DNA of 64,000 nucleotides. Origin: a virus. A program made the translations under genes and the position numbers. Positions within the stretch are counted from its first letter, which is position 1; the number at the start of each line of letters is the position of its first letter. The DNA is taken from positions 9,239-73,238 of the IMG/VR virus record IMGVR_UViG_3300047666_000603. The stretch is one strand, 5' to 3'. Shown here piece by piece: positions 1 to 9,280 of the stretch. The notes under the pieces are model-generated. The model saw nothing but the letters and a program-made list of their open reading frames with translations. It was not told the DNA's origin and did no database searches.

Positions 1-4
1 CCAA

Positions 5-1258
5 TTATTTATCTCCTGTTCCATTTTCTTCTTCTTTTCTCATGGCTTTTTCCGCAACCTCATTAAAAATATACGACACCACTATTAATATAAGAGATGT
101 TCCCGTACATTTAGCATAAAACAATGGGTCACCCCATATCATCGCTATTACAAACCCAATAAAAGCAAATACGGAAACTATCATAACTATTCCTGTTACG
201 AAAAACACTGTTTTATACGTTTTCATTTTCTTCTTCTCTTATTGTTAAAAACCCTTTTCCTTCTAGCTCACCAAAACACATTGATACGTTCATACTTCCG
301 TGTGTTTCGTTTAAAACTCTCGTTAAGTCTTCTAGTTCTATTTCCCCATCAGGAATCATCACGGTTAGTATTACGTACATTCCCAATGATGAAAGGGTGA
401 GGTTGTTTAATGCGTCTAGCGGGATGGAGACGGTTAGCTCTGTATTCTCTGTCTTTATTTCGCTCATTACTCTTCTCTTAGTTGTTTTATTGCTTCTTTT
501 ATGTGTTTTGGGAGGTGGCCGAGTAGGTGCATTTCCGCCACTACATTATCACCATCACCGCACTCATCAACTCTTTCAATCCAATACGGGAGGAAATAGG
601 CTTGCTTAAACTCACCATCCACCTCAAAAGTGACAATACTACCCGCTTGCTCAAACATATCAAACTGATCTTTTTTTAGCTGTAGCTTCATCTATCTAGT
701 ATTTTCCTGAGTTAAGGTGTCCTTTGTAGATGTTTATTGCGCCACTAGTACTGTATGCCGCAAACATATCACCATCCATGTCACACTTACCTAGAAAAAC
801 TATTTTATTAAGTGCATTGGGAGTATCACCAGTTTCACACCATCCCTCAGTGGTGCTTTGATAATGCGTAAACTCTAATGGCTTTTCAGATTCCTGAACT
901 ACTTCTCCGATTCTAATTACTTCTCTCATTTGTTTTTTTATTATCGGCCACAGAGCCTATATTACTTAATATCGGCCCTAGAGCCTATTTATTTTAATTT
1001 AGAGCCACTTTCTCTCACGAGTGAGGTGATTGTATTCCTCATTGTCTTTAACTCGTCTAGGAGCGTCTGAATGTCGTTTCCATAATCCGCCGCCTTATTC
1101 GTATAAGCAATCAAAGCGGTTTCTAGGGATGGGTAATAATATTCCACCTTTGTAATTACAGGCTTTCCCGTGTCAGGATTTATTTCCCCCTCTTCATAGA
1201 ATTTAAGAATGACATTGTAGCTGTCTCTTTCTATTGTGTAGTTGCTGTCGATTTTCAT
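5..1258 (-). CDS. Cluster of five small hypothetical genes (5-226 with TM helices, 213-467, 467-691, 696-929, 989-1258)
   Basis: Co-oriented, abutting or overlapping ORFs; no recognisable motif. Confidence 0.65.
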
Positions 1259-1674
1259 TTATTGTTTATTAGTTCATGTATATTCCCCATCACTTCACAT
1301 TTATTCGCATCGTCCTCGATTGGGTGGCCTCTGTATTTTATCCCTTCTTCTGGCGCGAACCGAAAGCATCCGTCTTTAAAGTATATGTTTCTTTCTTCTC
1401 CCGCCATCCAGCCATATTTCTGCCAATTATCAGGAATACTCACCACATCACCTTCATATATTTCATTCCCATTCTTGTCGTGTAAACCCGTATATTGGCC
1501 GACTGTTTTTTTTGAAACCCTGCATATGTGGTCAAAAGAATACTCATTAGCATTTGTGGGGAATATAAATGCTAAATCTTTATTTGGGGAGTCTATACCA
1601 TCAGTGATTAAGTCTCCATATTCCCATTTCTTTAATACGGGGGATAGTCCACGAAATTTTATTTCTCTACTCAT
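1255..1674 (-). CDS. YopX-family phage protein
   Basis: REIKFRG...W.YG, VGQYTGLHDKNGNEIYEGDVV, EVMGNIHE signature. Confidence 0.9.
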   Translation of the reverse strand: MSREIKFRGLSPVLKKWEYGDLITDGIDSPNKDLAFIFPTNANEYSFDHICRVSKKTVGQYTGLHDKNGNEIYEGDVVSIPDNWQKYGWMAGEERNIYFKDGCFRFAPEEGIKYRGHPIEDDANKCEVMGNIHELINNK

Positions 1675-1690
1675 TACTTATTGTTTTCAG

Positions 1691-1721
1691 CAAATTTAAG
1701 GGATTAGATTCATTCTTGCAA
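1691..1721 (-). promoter_or_regulatory. Bacteroidota sigma-A type promoter for the leftward operon
   Basis: Minus-strand TTG (1721-1719), 20 nt spacer, TAAATTTG (1698-1691), 17 nt upstream of the ATG at 1674. Confidence 0.65.
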
Positions 1722-1959
1722 GAGAAAACAGAGAATTAATTCCTTATTCTTATTTAGACTAAATAAAAATAGCCCCATAATTGAACTTTAATTTTCCCAT
1801 AAACTTAGATGTGGCGGCGGAGGCGATAGCCGACGGTGGCGCAGAGAAGTTTATTATTACGTAGCTTGTAACACTTGCTATTCCCGCACTGTGTATAACA
1901 AGCACTAATTATGTTAAAAAGTTTTTGTATATTTAACATACTATGTCAGGAATGTTGGC

Positions 1960-1967
1960 TAACTTTG
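1960..1967 (+). promoter_or_regulatory. -7 box TAACTTTG upstream of cassette array 1
   Basis: Matches TAnnTTTG, 30 nt before the first AAC core. Confidence 0.45.
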
Positions 1968-2188
1968 CAGAGTGTATCTTTTCTACCGCTAAACCCAACG
2001 TTAATTAGTGTGTATTTCTAACGCAAATCCACTAACGTTTTTTTTGTTGTGTTGGGTGTTACCCAGTGTGTGAGAATAAGTTGGCAATACAGGATGCTTG
2101 CGCCCCACCCCCTCGTTTATTTATTTTCAATGTAGTGTTGGTTCTTCCAAATATATTTACGTATATTTACGGAAACAAAACAGTAGCA

Positions 2189-2800
2189 ATGAAAAAAGTA
2201 ACAAAGAAATTACAGCAGTTTATTGATTCAATTTCAACCATTGGAGACAGTACTATACCTGATGATGATGGTAAGATTTACTATTCTAAAGTGGACGGCT
2301 CCTATTTAACAAGAGTTGGTATGGAAAACGATTTAAACTACCTATTGAAATTAGGAGTAAGTGAGCAAATACAGAGCGGGTATGGGGAGCCATCCACCGC
2401 TTGTATTGGATTTAACCCAACAGAGCAAAAATGGTACGGGTGGAGTCATAGAGCAATATATGGGTTTGGCGTTGGTAGTGAATGTAAAAAAGGATCGTGC
2501 GGATATTCCGCAAGCAATAAAAAAGATTTTGCAGAAGAAAATTTAAGGTGGTATTGCGACACAGACATGGATGAAACGTATAAAGTAGACATTTCTGCAA
2601 AAGAGGCAATACAAGAAGGTAAGTTAGGTGTTAAAGTTGAATATACATATAACAATAAAGTGCCAAACGAATCTATGAGAAGCACCACTCATTTTGTTTT
2701 TGAGCCGTATCCAAAGAAATGGGGGAAAGGAGAATGGACTGCAAACTCACTTAATGAAGCAAGAGAAATGGCTGTAGATTTCGCTAAAGGAGTTTCCTAA
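2189..2800 (+). CDS. Hypothetical phage protein in array 1 (IGFNPTEQKWYGWSHRA motif)
   Basis: ORF 2066-2800; ATG 2189 follows a TATATTTA box and A-rich leader. Confidence 0.75.
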   Translation: MKKVTKKLQQFIDSISTIGDSTIPDDDGKIYYSKVDGSYLTRVGMENDLNYLLKLGVSEQIQSGYGEPSTACIGFNPTEQKWYGWSHRAIYGFGVGSECKKGSCGYSASNKKDFAEENLRWYCDTDMDETYKVDISAKEAIQEGKLGVKVEYTYNNKVPNESMRSTTHFVFEPYPKKWGKGEWTANSLNEAREMAVDFAKGVS

Positions 2801-3034
2801 CCCCCGCCAAAAATAAACAACAATAGTAATGATATAAAGACACCATTAAGCGCAAAAGAAGCTGAACATCTATTGACTCAATTTCACGTGCAAAAGCCAT
2901 TAGGTGATTAATTTCCCCCAACACCAATAAAAGTCTTCCTATTAGGATTGTACAAAGGGAGTACTTATATTGTGGGGGTTAGTTTGTCCAGTTTTTTAAC
3001 TAATAAACTGGACTTTAACATAACATAAATAACT

Positions 3035-3256
3035 ATGAAAGAACAAGATACAAAGAACAACGTACTGGACAAATTACCCATAGGTGAGGCTGTAGAACGG
3101 TCTTCTTTTTGGTTTAATCAGTTAGGTGATTTTGAAAAATGGCTTAAATACTGCAAAATGATTGGTGTAAACACAAGGGAATCTTACAGAACAAATTTTA
3201 ATCAATATGAAATACTAGATTTATATGAATACCATAAAGCAATAAATAATCTATAA
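3035..3256 (+). CDS. Cassette ORF starting in a hairpin loop; stop TAA lies in the TAAC core
   Basis: ORF track; crosses degenerate core GCT at 3089. Confidence 0.65.
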   Translation: MKEQDTKNNVLDKLPIGEAVERSSFWFNQLGDFEKWLKYCKMIGVNTRESYRTNFNQYEILDLYEYHKAINNL

Positions 3257-3369
3257 CACCAACAGAAGTCCTTTCCCTTAACGTGGCATTATTAATAAAT
3301 GTAAATAATTAAGTGCGCAAGTGAATAAAAATATGCGTACATTAACCGATGATAATAAAAACGTGAGCA

Positions 3370-3600
3370 ATGAATAAGCCTGAAAATAGTTTAGATGTAG
3401 AGGATAAAATAGTTGATATAGTAACAGACCTTTTAAGGGATGATATAACCAAAACAGAAGCAATAGATAAGCTATTGATTTTACACAATGTTGTGGGGCG
3501 AAGCGAACAGTTAAAGGCTTTTGCTGAACACCTTGATGAAATGCATGGGGGTGAAGAATTTGCGGTAAATGAAGTTGAACCTTATTTAAAAAGCCTTTAA
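3370..3600 (+). CDS. Junction-spanning cassette ORF (LILHN-V-VGRSEQL)
   Basis: GTT 3490 read as Val; C-terminal half resembles that of ORF 49491-49715. Confidence 0.7.
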   Translation: MNKPENSLDVEDKIVDIVTDLLRDDITKTEAIDKLLILHNVVGRSEQLKAFAEHLDEMHGGEEFAVNEVEPYLKSL

Positions 3601-3669
3601 TTGCCTACAACGCTGAGTGTATGGCACGTTGCCAGCACTAACTTAATTAATAACACAAAGATTAAAGAT

Positions 3670-3888
3670 ATGGTAAAAGATAATTTAGAAAACGAACAGC
3701 AATGTGATATACACATTGTTAGGCATAGTTGCGAGATGATAACCGAAGAGTATGTTTATAAAAACGACTTTAGATTTCAACGAACACAGAAACACGGTAT
3801 TTGGTTTGTGACCTACGAAAACCACTTAATAACATTTGGACAATATAGACATGATTTAGAAGAATGGATTGATAGCAATTATGCCTAA
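3670..3888 (+). CDS. Junction-spanning cassette ORF (CDIHI-V-RHSC)
   Basis: ATG in hairpin loop, GTT 3718 in frame, stop in TAAC core. Confidence 0.7.
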   Translation: MVKDNLENEQQCDIHIVRHSCEMITEEYVYKNDFRFQRTQKHGIWFVTYENHLITFGQYRHDLEEWIDSNYA

Positions 3889-3990
3889 CGGTTTGGCTAA
3901 GATTACTAGCCTAAGTAATGAACTAATCAATTAAAAACTAAGCATCATAAGGCTATTAATTTTAGCCGTTGTTATGGTGCGTTAATTAAC

Positions 3991-4194
3991 TTGAAAATGA
4001 CAAAAGAAGAAAGGAATTTAGACCCACACAGACCTGCAAGATGCGCTATGTGGCTGTATGCTGACCAATATACTCAGCAGAAAGGTGGTAGTATGGATTT
4101 TTGGGATAAGCTATCTGATAGTGATAAAAACACTTGTAGAAGAATGGTAGAACAAATTTCTTGCACAAGACCTGAATCTGATGATGAGCGGTAA
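3991..4194 (+). CDS. Cassette-internal hypothetical protein
   Basis: Fills cassette 3971-4205. Confidence 0.7.
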   Translation: MKMTKEERNLDPHRPARCAMWLYADQYTQQKGGSMDFWDKLSDSDKNTCRRMVEQISCTRPESDDER

Positions 4195-4295
4195 TGCACC
4201 ATAACACCAAGAGAAGTGCCGTTACTTAATGGCATTTCTCGGCTGTTGGGCCGAGTTTTAATTCGGAATTTCTTTTATTTTCCATTTCCTCTACG

Positions 4296-4303
4296 TATAT
4301 TTG
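4296..4303 (+). promoter_or_regulatory. -7 box TATATTTG for the ligase/PNK/primase operon
   Basis: TAnnTTTG consensus 18 nt before ATG 4321. Confidence 0.6.
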
Positions 4304-4320
4304 GCAAAAATCTAAAACTT

Positions 4321-5214
4321 ATGGAGTTCAAAAAGTATATGCATCTTGAGCGTTTTGACGCAACAGAGGTGGAAAACATTGAAATAGGAACGTGCTATGT
4401 GTTCCCTAAAATAGACGGCACAAACGCTTCTGTTTGGCTTAATGACGCTGCTATTATCGCGGCGGGAAGTAGAACAAGAACACTTTCATTAGAAAAAGAC
4501 AATGCGGGGTTTTATGAGTTTGCTAGTCAATGTTCTGAGATAGCTGATTTTTTAGACTCCCACCCAACGCTTAGGCTTTACGGTGAATGGCTAGTTCCGC
4601 ACAGCCTCAAAACATACAGAGAAAACGCTTGGAGAGATTTCTACGTATTTGATGTAATGGATGATAGCGGAAGGTATTTACCTTATAATGAATACAAGTT
4701 GCTGTTAGATGAGTTTGATTTAAACTACATCCCGCCAATTAAAATCATCAAAAACGGAACATACGATGATTTTGTATTTCAAATGAACAGCAACAATAAC
4801 TACCTTATTGAAGACGGCAAGGGAATGGGAGAAGGTGTTGTGCTAAAGAACTACTCATTTGTAAATAAGTACGGAAGAACGACGTGGGCTAAAATAGTAA
4901 GTTCTGAATTTAAAGCAAAGCATCACAAAGAAATGGGTGCGCCCGAAGTGGAATATAAGATGGTGGAGAGTGATATTGTAGATAAATTCGTCACTCAAGC
5001 ATTATGCGAAAAAGTAAAGGCTAAAATAGAAATGGAGACAGGTGATTGGAAGTCGCAATACATCCCCCGACTATTAAACACTGTTTACTACGATTTAGTT
5101 AGGGAGGAAATGTGGGAGATAGTAAAGGAATTCAAGAAGCCTAAGATTGATTTTAAAACCCTTCAACACTTTACAAATAACAAGACAAAAGAACACTTAC
5201 CTAAAGTATTTTAA
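4321..5214 (+). CDS. RNA ligase, Rnl2-like nucleotidyltransferase
   Basis: Motif I PKIDGTNA, LYGEW, FYVFDV, GEGVVLK, WAKIV. Confidence 0.85.
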   Translation: MEFKKYMHLERFDATEVENIEIGTCYVFPKIDGTNASVWLNDAAIIAAGSRTRTLSLEKDNAGFYEFASQCSEIADFLDSHPTLRLYGEWLVPHSLKTYRENAWRDFYVFDVMDDSGRYLPYNEYKLLLDEFDLNYIPPIKIIKNGTYDDFVFQMNSNNNYLIEDGKGMGEGVVLKNYSFVNKYGRTTWAKIVSSEFKAKHHKEMGAPEVEYKMVESDIVDKFVTQALCEKVKAKIEMETGDWKSQYIPRLLNTVYYDLVREEMWEIVKEFKKPKIDFKTLQHFTNNKTKEHLPKVF

Positions 5215-5216
5215 AA

Positions 5217-6110
5217 ATGATAAGAGCATACATAGGAATTTCAGCGAGTGGGAAAACAACCCTTTGCAAGGGCGATATGAAATTAAATACTAATTCTGTT
5301 AGAGTTAATAGAGATGATTTACGTTTTGCTGTTTACGGTCTTGATTACGATTCTTACGGTGATTATTTTAAGCGTGATGATTTTTACAGGTGTGAGCAGT
5401 TTATATCTGATTTAGCGGATAGAATTGTTTCTCGCGCCATATCTAAGGGAAAAGATGTTTACATAGACAACACTCATCTAAAGCAAAAATATCTAAAGAA
5501 ATATTACACTTACGGAGTGGATGTTGAGCTTGTTTGGTGTGATGTAGATATTGATCTTGCGCTTCATAGAAACGTAAATAGAAAAGACCATTTTGTTGAC
5601 TCTGAAATAATCAAAAAGCAAAATGACTCTTATGAAATTATAAAGAAGAATTGGAAATCACCCGATGAAGTTGCGGAAAGAAAGATACATAATAACTCAT
5701 TAAAAAAGAAGTGTTACGTATTTGACATTGATGGAACGCTTGCAGATAAAGGAGATAGAAACCCCTATGATTATTCGCGTGTTTCAGAAGATGGTCTTAG
5801 AAATTCAGTTCTTGACGCTTATTTAGCCCATTCTTTTGACGGAAAAGAGATGATTATTTGTAGCGGAAGAGATAGTTCATGCAGAACAGAAACAGAGGAT
5901 TGGTTAACGAAGAACCAAGTTTATTACACCACTCTTTACATGAGGCAAGAGGGAGACTCAAGGGCTGATTGGAAAGTGAAAGAGGAGATGTGGGATGAGA
6001 TATGTAAAGATTATTATATAGTGGCTATGTATGATGATAGAAATCAAGTTGTAGACCACGCTAGGAGTCTTGGTTTTGATGTATTTCAAGTACAGGAGGG
6101 AAACTTTTAA
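5217..6110 (+). CDS. pseT: Polynucleotide 5'-kinase/3'-phosphatase (T4 PseT-like)
   Basis: P-loop GISASGKTT, RDDLR, HAD motifs DIDGT, SGR, DDR. Confidence 0.9.
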   Translation: MIRAYIGISASGKTTLCKGDMKLNTNSVRVNRDDLRFAVYGLDYDSYGDYFKRDDFYRCEQFISDLADRIVSRAISKGKDVYIDNTHLKQKYLKKYYTYGVDVELVWCDVDIDLALHRNVNRKDHFVDSEIIKKQNDSYEIIKKNWKSPDEVAERKIHNNSLKKKCYVFDIDGTLADKGDRNPYDYSRVSEDGLRNSVLDAYLAHSFDGKEMIICSGRDSSCRTETEDWLTKNQVYYTTLYMRQEGDSRADWKVKEEMWDEICKDYYIVAMYDDRNQVVDHARSLGFDVFQVQEGNF

Positions 6111-7873
6111 TGATGGTAACAATATTTGATAGTTTGTACGACGACAAGCCTGTGTATTCTGAGGCTAATGATGTTTTAAGTGCTTTTGCTGTTCGCGGCA
6201 AGCATTACAGCACAATAGAGAGAATAAGAAACAGCAAAGAGAAGGGGGAGAGGGATGAGTTGAAGAAAACATTGCCCATTGTTTGCTTCGGTGGGAGATT
6301 TACAGCTAGGAAGAAAGCGGCCTTAGAGAAAGCATCCCAACTCATAATCTTAGACTTCGATGAGGGGGAAAACCTAAAAACTGTAAGAGAGAGAATGGAG
6401 AAATGGAATTGCACATATTCCTGCTTTTCCTCTCCAAGCGGCGGGGATAGATTCAAGGCTCTCGTGAAGATAGATGAGGTGAAGGATGATGAGGAATTTA
6501 AGGAGTATTTTGATTTCTTTGAGCGCAATTACAGCGTAGACATAAGTGGGAAGGACATTTCTCGTGCTTGTTTTTCTACATACGACCCCGATATATACAT
6601 AAACGCAAACGCTAAAGTATTTACAAAAGAAATGCTAAAGAAATATGCCCCAAAGCCGCCAAGGAAACAAACAGACCAAAAGCTAATAGAGCTTGTGAGT
6701 AATTGGATACGGCTTGCTCCCCAAGGAACGAGACAACATAATTGCTGTAAAGCTGGATTTTATGCGGGAGGTTTAACAAAGATGGGGCAATTAGAACAAA
6801 CCTCAGCACTCGCGGCATTACATCAAGCAGCCCAAGATAGGGGCGGGGAAATAGATCAGAGCATAAGAGCAATAAACGAGAGCTTCGAGCAAGGAAAGTT
6901 GCGGCCAATTCTAAACATAAACGAACTGGACAATGTAGTGAGGGGAATGAAGAAGAAGGTGGTGGATGTAAAGAGCCTGATTGTTTCCCCTGATAAGATG
7001 AACCAACAATCAGAAGACCTATACGAAGGAAGGCTTGAAATGGGAAGGGGAATAGGAATAGCCAACTTCGATAAGTTTGTGAGGTTTAGACAGAACTCAT
7101 TTACGTTTATAGTAGGGAAGCGTGGAGTGGGGAAAACAGCCACCACCCTCTACCTATTATGTCTTGACGCGGCAAAGAACAACACCAAGTATTTAGTGTG
7201 CGGAATAGAGAACAGCAGCTTCTCGCTAAGAAACCAACTCATTAGTTTCTATTTAAGGGAAAGAGCCGCCGAAGCATACAAAACAAACAAAATAGGACTG
7301 AGAGCAGCGGAGGAATTTATAGACAGCCATTTCGTTTTCATACAATACGATGAGGCATGGGAGATAGCAGACATATTGAGCATAGCAAAACAGTTAGACG
7401 AGGAGCATAACTTCGGAGGGCTGTTCATAGACCCCTACAACGCTGTTACAGTTCCTAACGTACCAAATACATTTAAGTACCACGTAGACTCTGCAAATGC
7501 TTGTAGAATGTTTAGCGACAGGCATTTTAGTGTATTGCTTACAGCCCACCCCAACAGCGCAGGGCAAAGAGAGGCGGGAACCCCCTCTGACGTGATGGCT
7601 GAACATGGCGGCACATTTCCCAATAAAGCGCACATGACAATGGTAGTGGATAGGAACGCGAAAGCAGAGGGTGAGGAGAAATACACGACAAGAGTGAGTG
7701 TAGATAAAGTGAGAGACAAGGATATATTTGGGGGAGACGAAACCGCAACGGAATTTCCAATAGTGATGAGGCTAAACCCGATAAACGCAACATTCATAGC
7801 CCACCTCCCGATTCACGGAGAATCAAACTATGAGTTTAAAACATACGACTTAATGTCGGAAGTAAAGAAATAA
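6110..7873 (+). CDS. Primase-helicase: VirE-N/BT4734-like (AEP) domain plus SF4 DnaB-like helicase
   Basis: KKTLP..FGGRF, LDFD, SPSG, KDISRACF.TYDP; Walker A GKRGVGKT, FIDPYN, AHP. Confidence 0.8.
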   Translation: MMVTIFDSLYDDKPVYSEANDVLSAFAVRGKHYSTIERIRNSKEKGERDELKKTLPIVCFGGRFTARKKAALEKASQLIILDFDEGENLKTVRERMEKWNCTYSCFSSPSGGDRFKALVKIDEVKDDEEFKEYFDFFERNYSVDISGKDISRACFSTYDPDIYINANAKVFTKEMLKKYAPKPPRKQTDQKLIELVSNWIRLAPQGTRQHNCCKAGFYAGGLTKMGQLEQTSALAALHQAAQDRGGEIDQSIRAINESFEQGKLRPILNINELDNVVRGMKKKVVDVKSLIVSPDKMNQQSEDLYEGRLEMGRGIGIANFDKFVRFRQNSFTFIVGKRGVGKTATTLYLLCLDAAKNNTKYLVCGIENSSFSLRNQLISFYLRERAAEAYKTNKIGLRAAEEFIDSHFVFIQYDEAWEIADILSIAKQLDEEHNFGGLFIDPYNAVTVPNVPNTFKYHVDSANACRMFSDRHFSVLLTAHPNSAGQREAGTPSDVMAEHGGTFPNKAHMTMVVDRNAKAEGEEKYTTRVSVDKVRDKDIFGGDETATEFPIVMRLNPINATFIAHLPIHGESNYEFKTYDLMSEVKK

Positions 7874-8062
7874 ATGTTATATTGGCATATGGAAAACAAA
7901 GAAATTTCGGTTCTTTTGAAAGAAAGACTACAAGACATTGAAAAAAAATTAAAAGGTAGAGATTTTTATTTAATTAAATATGTAAAAGAAGAGGTTATGA
8001 TGTCCTATTCTGATGGATATAAAGACGCTTCTGATGTTGCTAGAAAGATTTTTTACAAATGA
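7874..8062 (+). CDS. Small hypothetical protein
   Basis: ORF abutting the helicase gene. Confidence 0.5.
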   Translation: MLYWHMENKEISVLLKERLQDIEKKLKGRDFYLIKYVKEEVMMSYSDGYKDASDVARKIFYK

Positions 8063-8159
8063 AAGAATTATTATCAATAGTTATTCCAATATTGCTTGCT
8101 GTTTTGTTATTTTGGTTTTGTTTTATTAGAACCCAAGATTGGGACGGGGGAGATGTATT

Positions 8160-9032
8160 ATGAAAGAAAAATTACTTGTAAGTTTCAGCGGCGGCGAAAC
8201 ATCTGCGTATATGGTGTGGTGGGTAAAGAAACACTGGGCTAATAAATACGATATAAAGTTTGTATTCGCCAACACTGGTGAGGAAAACGAAGAAACACTT
8301 TTGTTTACTAAAAAGTGCCAAGAATATTTTAATATTGATTTAGTTTGGGTGGAGGCTGTATTTCATAAAGAAAAAGGAAAAGGAACTACTCATAAGGTGG
8401 TTCCTTTTGAAGCGGCGGAAAGAAGTAATAAACTATTTATGGATATGGCTGCGGTATATGGGATACCAAACCAAATGTTTCCCCACTGCAACAGGGAGCT
8501 AAAACTAGCCCCAATTAAGTCTTACTTGAGAAGTGTTGGGTGGAAAAAATATCAAACAGCTATAGGGATAAGAAATGATGAAATAGATAGGGTTAACGTA
8601 AATAGAGAAAAATATAGGCTTTTATATCCGTTAGTTACAGATCAACCAATGACAAAGCCTAAAATAAACTTTTGGTGGTCACAACAACCATTCAGGTTAA
8701 ATTTAAAGGGTTATCAAGGAAACTGCAAAACGTGTTGGAAAAAGGGTGATAATAAATTGTATCAAATAGCAAAAGAAAATAGACGGTTTTTTGACTCATT
8801 TAAAGAAGTTGAAAAAACTTACACTAATTTTGTTCCAGAAGGAAGAAGTGCTACGGATGAAAAGATTACATTTTTTAGAAGGGGGAGGTCTACGGAGCAG
8901 ATATTAAAAGAAGCGGAAAATTTTAACGGTGTAGTAAGAGATGATTCCGCCGAAATAAATTATCAAACATCAATACTAGATTACGATGAAAGTGAAAGTT
9001 GTGATATTTATGCAATGTGTGGGGATAATTAA
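8160..9032 (+). CDS. PAPS-reductase-family protein (possible DNA modification)
   Basis: PP-loop SFSGGETS, FANTG.E, C.RELK, GNCKTCWKK. Confidence 0.85.
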   Translation: MKEKLLVSFSGGETSAYMVWWVKKHWANKYDIKFVFANTGEENEETLLFTKKCQEYFNIDLVWVEAVFHKEKGKGTTHKVVPFEAAERSNKLFMDMAAVYGIPNQMFPHCNRELKLAPIKSYLRSVGWKKYQTAIGIRNDEIDRVNVNREKYRLLYPLVTDQPMTKPKINFWWSQQPFRLNLKGYQGNCKTCWKKGDNKLYQIAKENRRFFDSFKEVEKTYTNFVPEGRSATDEKITFFRRGRSTEQILKEAENFNGVVRDDSAEINYQTSILDYDESESCDIYAMCGDN

Positions 9033-9041
9033 AACAGCACT

Positions 9042-9155
9042 ATGAGCGAACAAAGAAGAAGACGACGTAAGATGCAAAGGGAATACGAGAAGTATATGCG
9101 AGAAATACGTAGGGATGCTTTTAAGAGAGCCGAGGAGCAGAAGGAAGAGAAATGA
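9042..9155 (+). CDS. 37-aa Arg-rich peptide (MSEQRRRRRKMQREYEK...)
   Basis: ATG 9042 to TGA 9155, read by eye; below the ORF-track cutoff. Confidence 0.45.
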   Translation: MSEQRRRRRKMQREYEKYMREIRRDAFKRAEEQKEEK

Positions 9156-9160
9156 TTTTT

Positions 9161-9206
9161 AACACTAAGCTAAGTTCCGTTATTTCAATGGAATTTAGCG
9201 GCTGTT
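9161..9206 (+). repeat. Solo (empty) attC-like site
   Basis: AAC-actaa-gctaagttccgtt-atttc-aatggaatttagc-ggct-GTT; same layout as array-terminal sites at 4203, 16588, 26441. Confidence 0.75.
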
Positions 9207-9224
9207 AGAAGTTGTTTCTTTTTT

Positions 9225-9260
9225 CAATAACAAGGAGCAAAACAGAGAGTGTTACTTTTG
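9225..9260 (+). promoter_or_regulatory. Putative late promoter CAATAAC-N21-TACTTTTG
   Basis: One of 7 copies with identical spacing. Confidence 0.7.
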
Positions 9261-9280
9261 GCTAAACAAAACCGAAAGAA

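Larger units (their letters stand above)
1997..4253 (+). mobile_element. Integron-like cassette array 1 (attC-like hairpins, no integrase)
   Basis: Clear AAC..GTT hairpins at 3609-3720, 3887-3973, 4203-4247; degenerate ones at 1997-2053, 2920-3091, 3255-3492; cassette ends complementary, e.g. gttaggcatagttgc / gcaattatgcctaac. Confidence 0.8.

Noticed and set aside
1801-1856. GC-rich patch in the divergent intergenic region as an ncRNA
   Set aside because: Only short stems, single copy, no recognisable family.
4216-4320. N-terminal extension of the ligase ORF (likewise ORF starts at 3601, 25555, 25970, 57379, 60082)
   Set aside because: These run through hairpins, promoter boxes or the ribozyme; downstream ATGs with A-rich leaders are more plausible.
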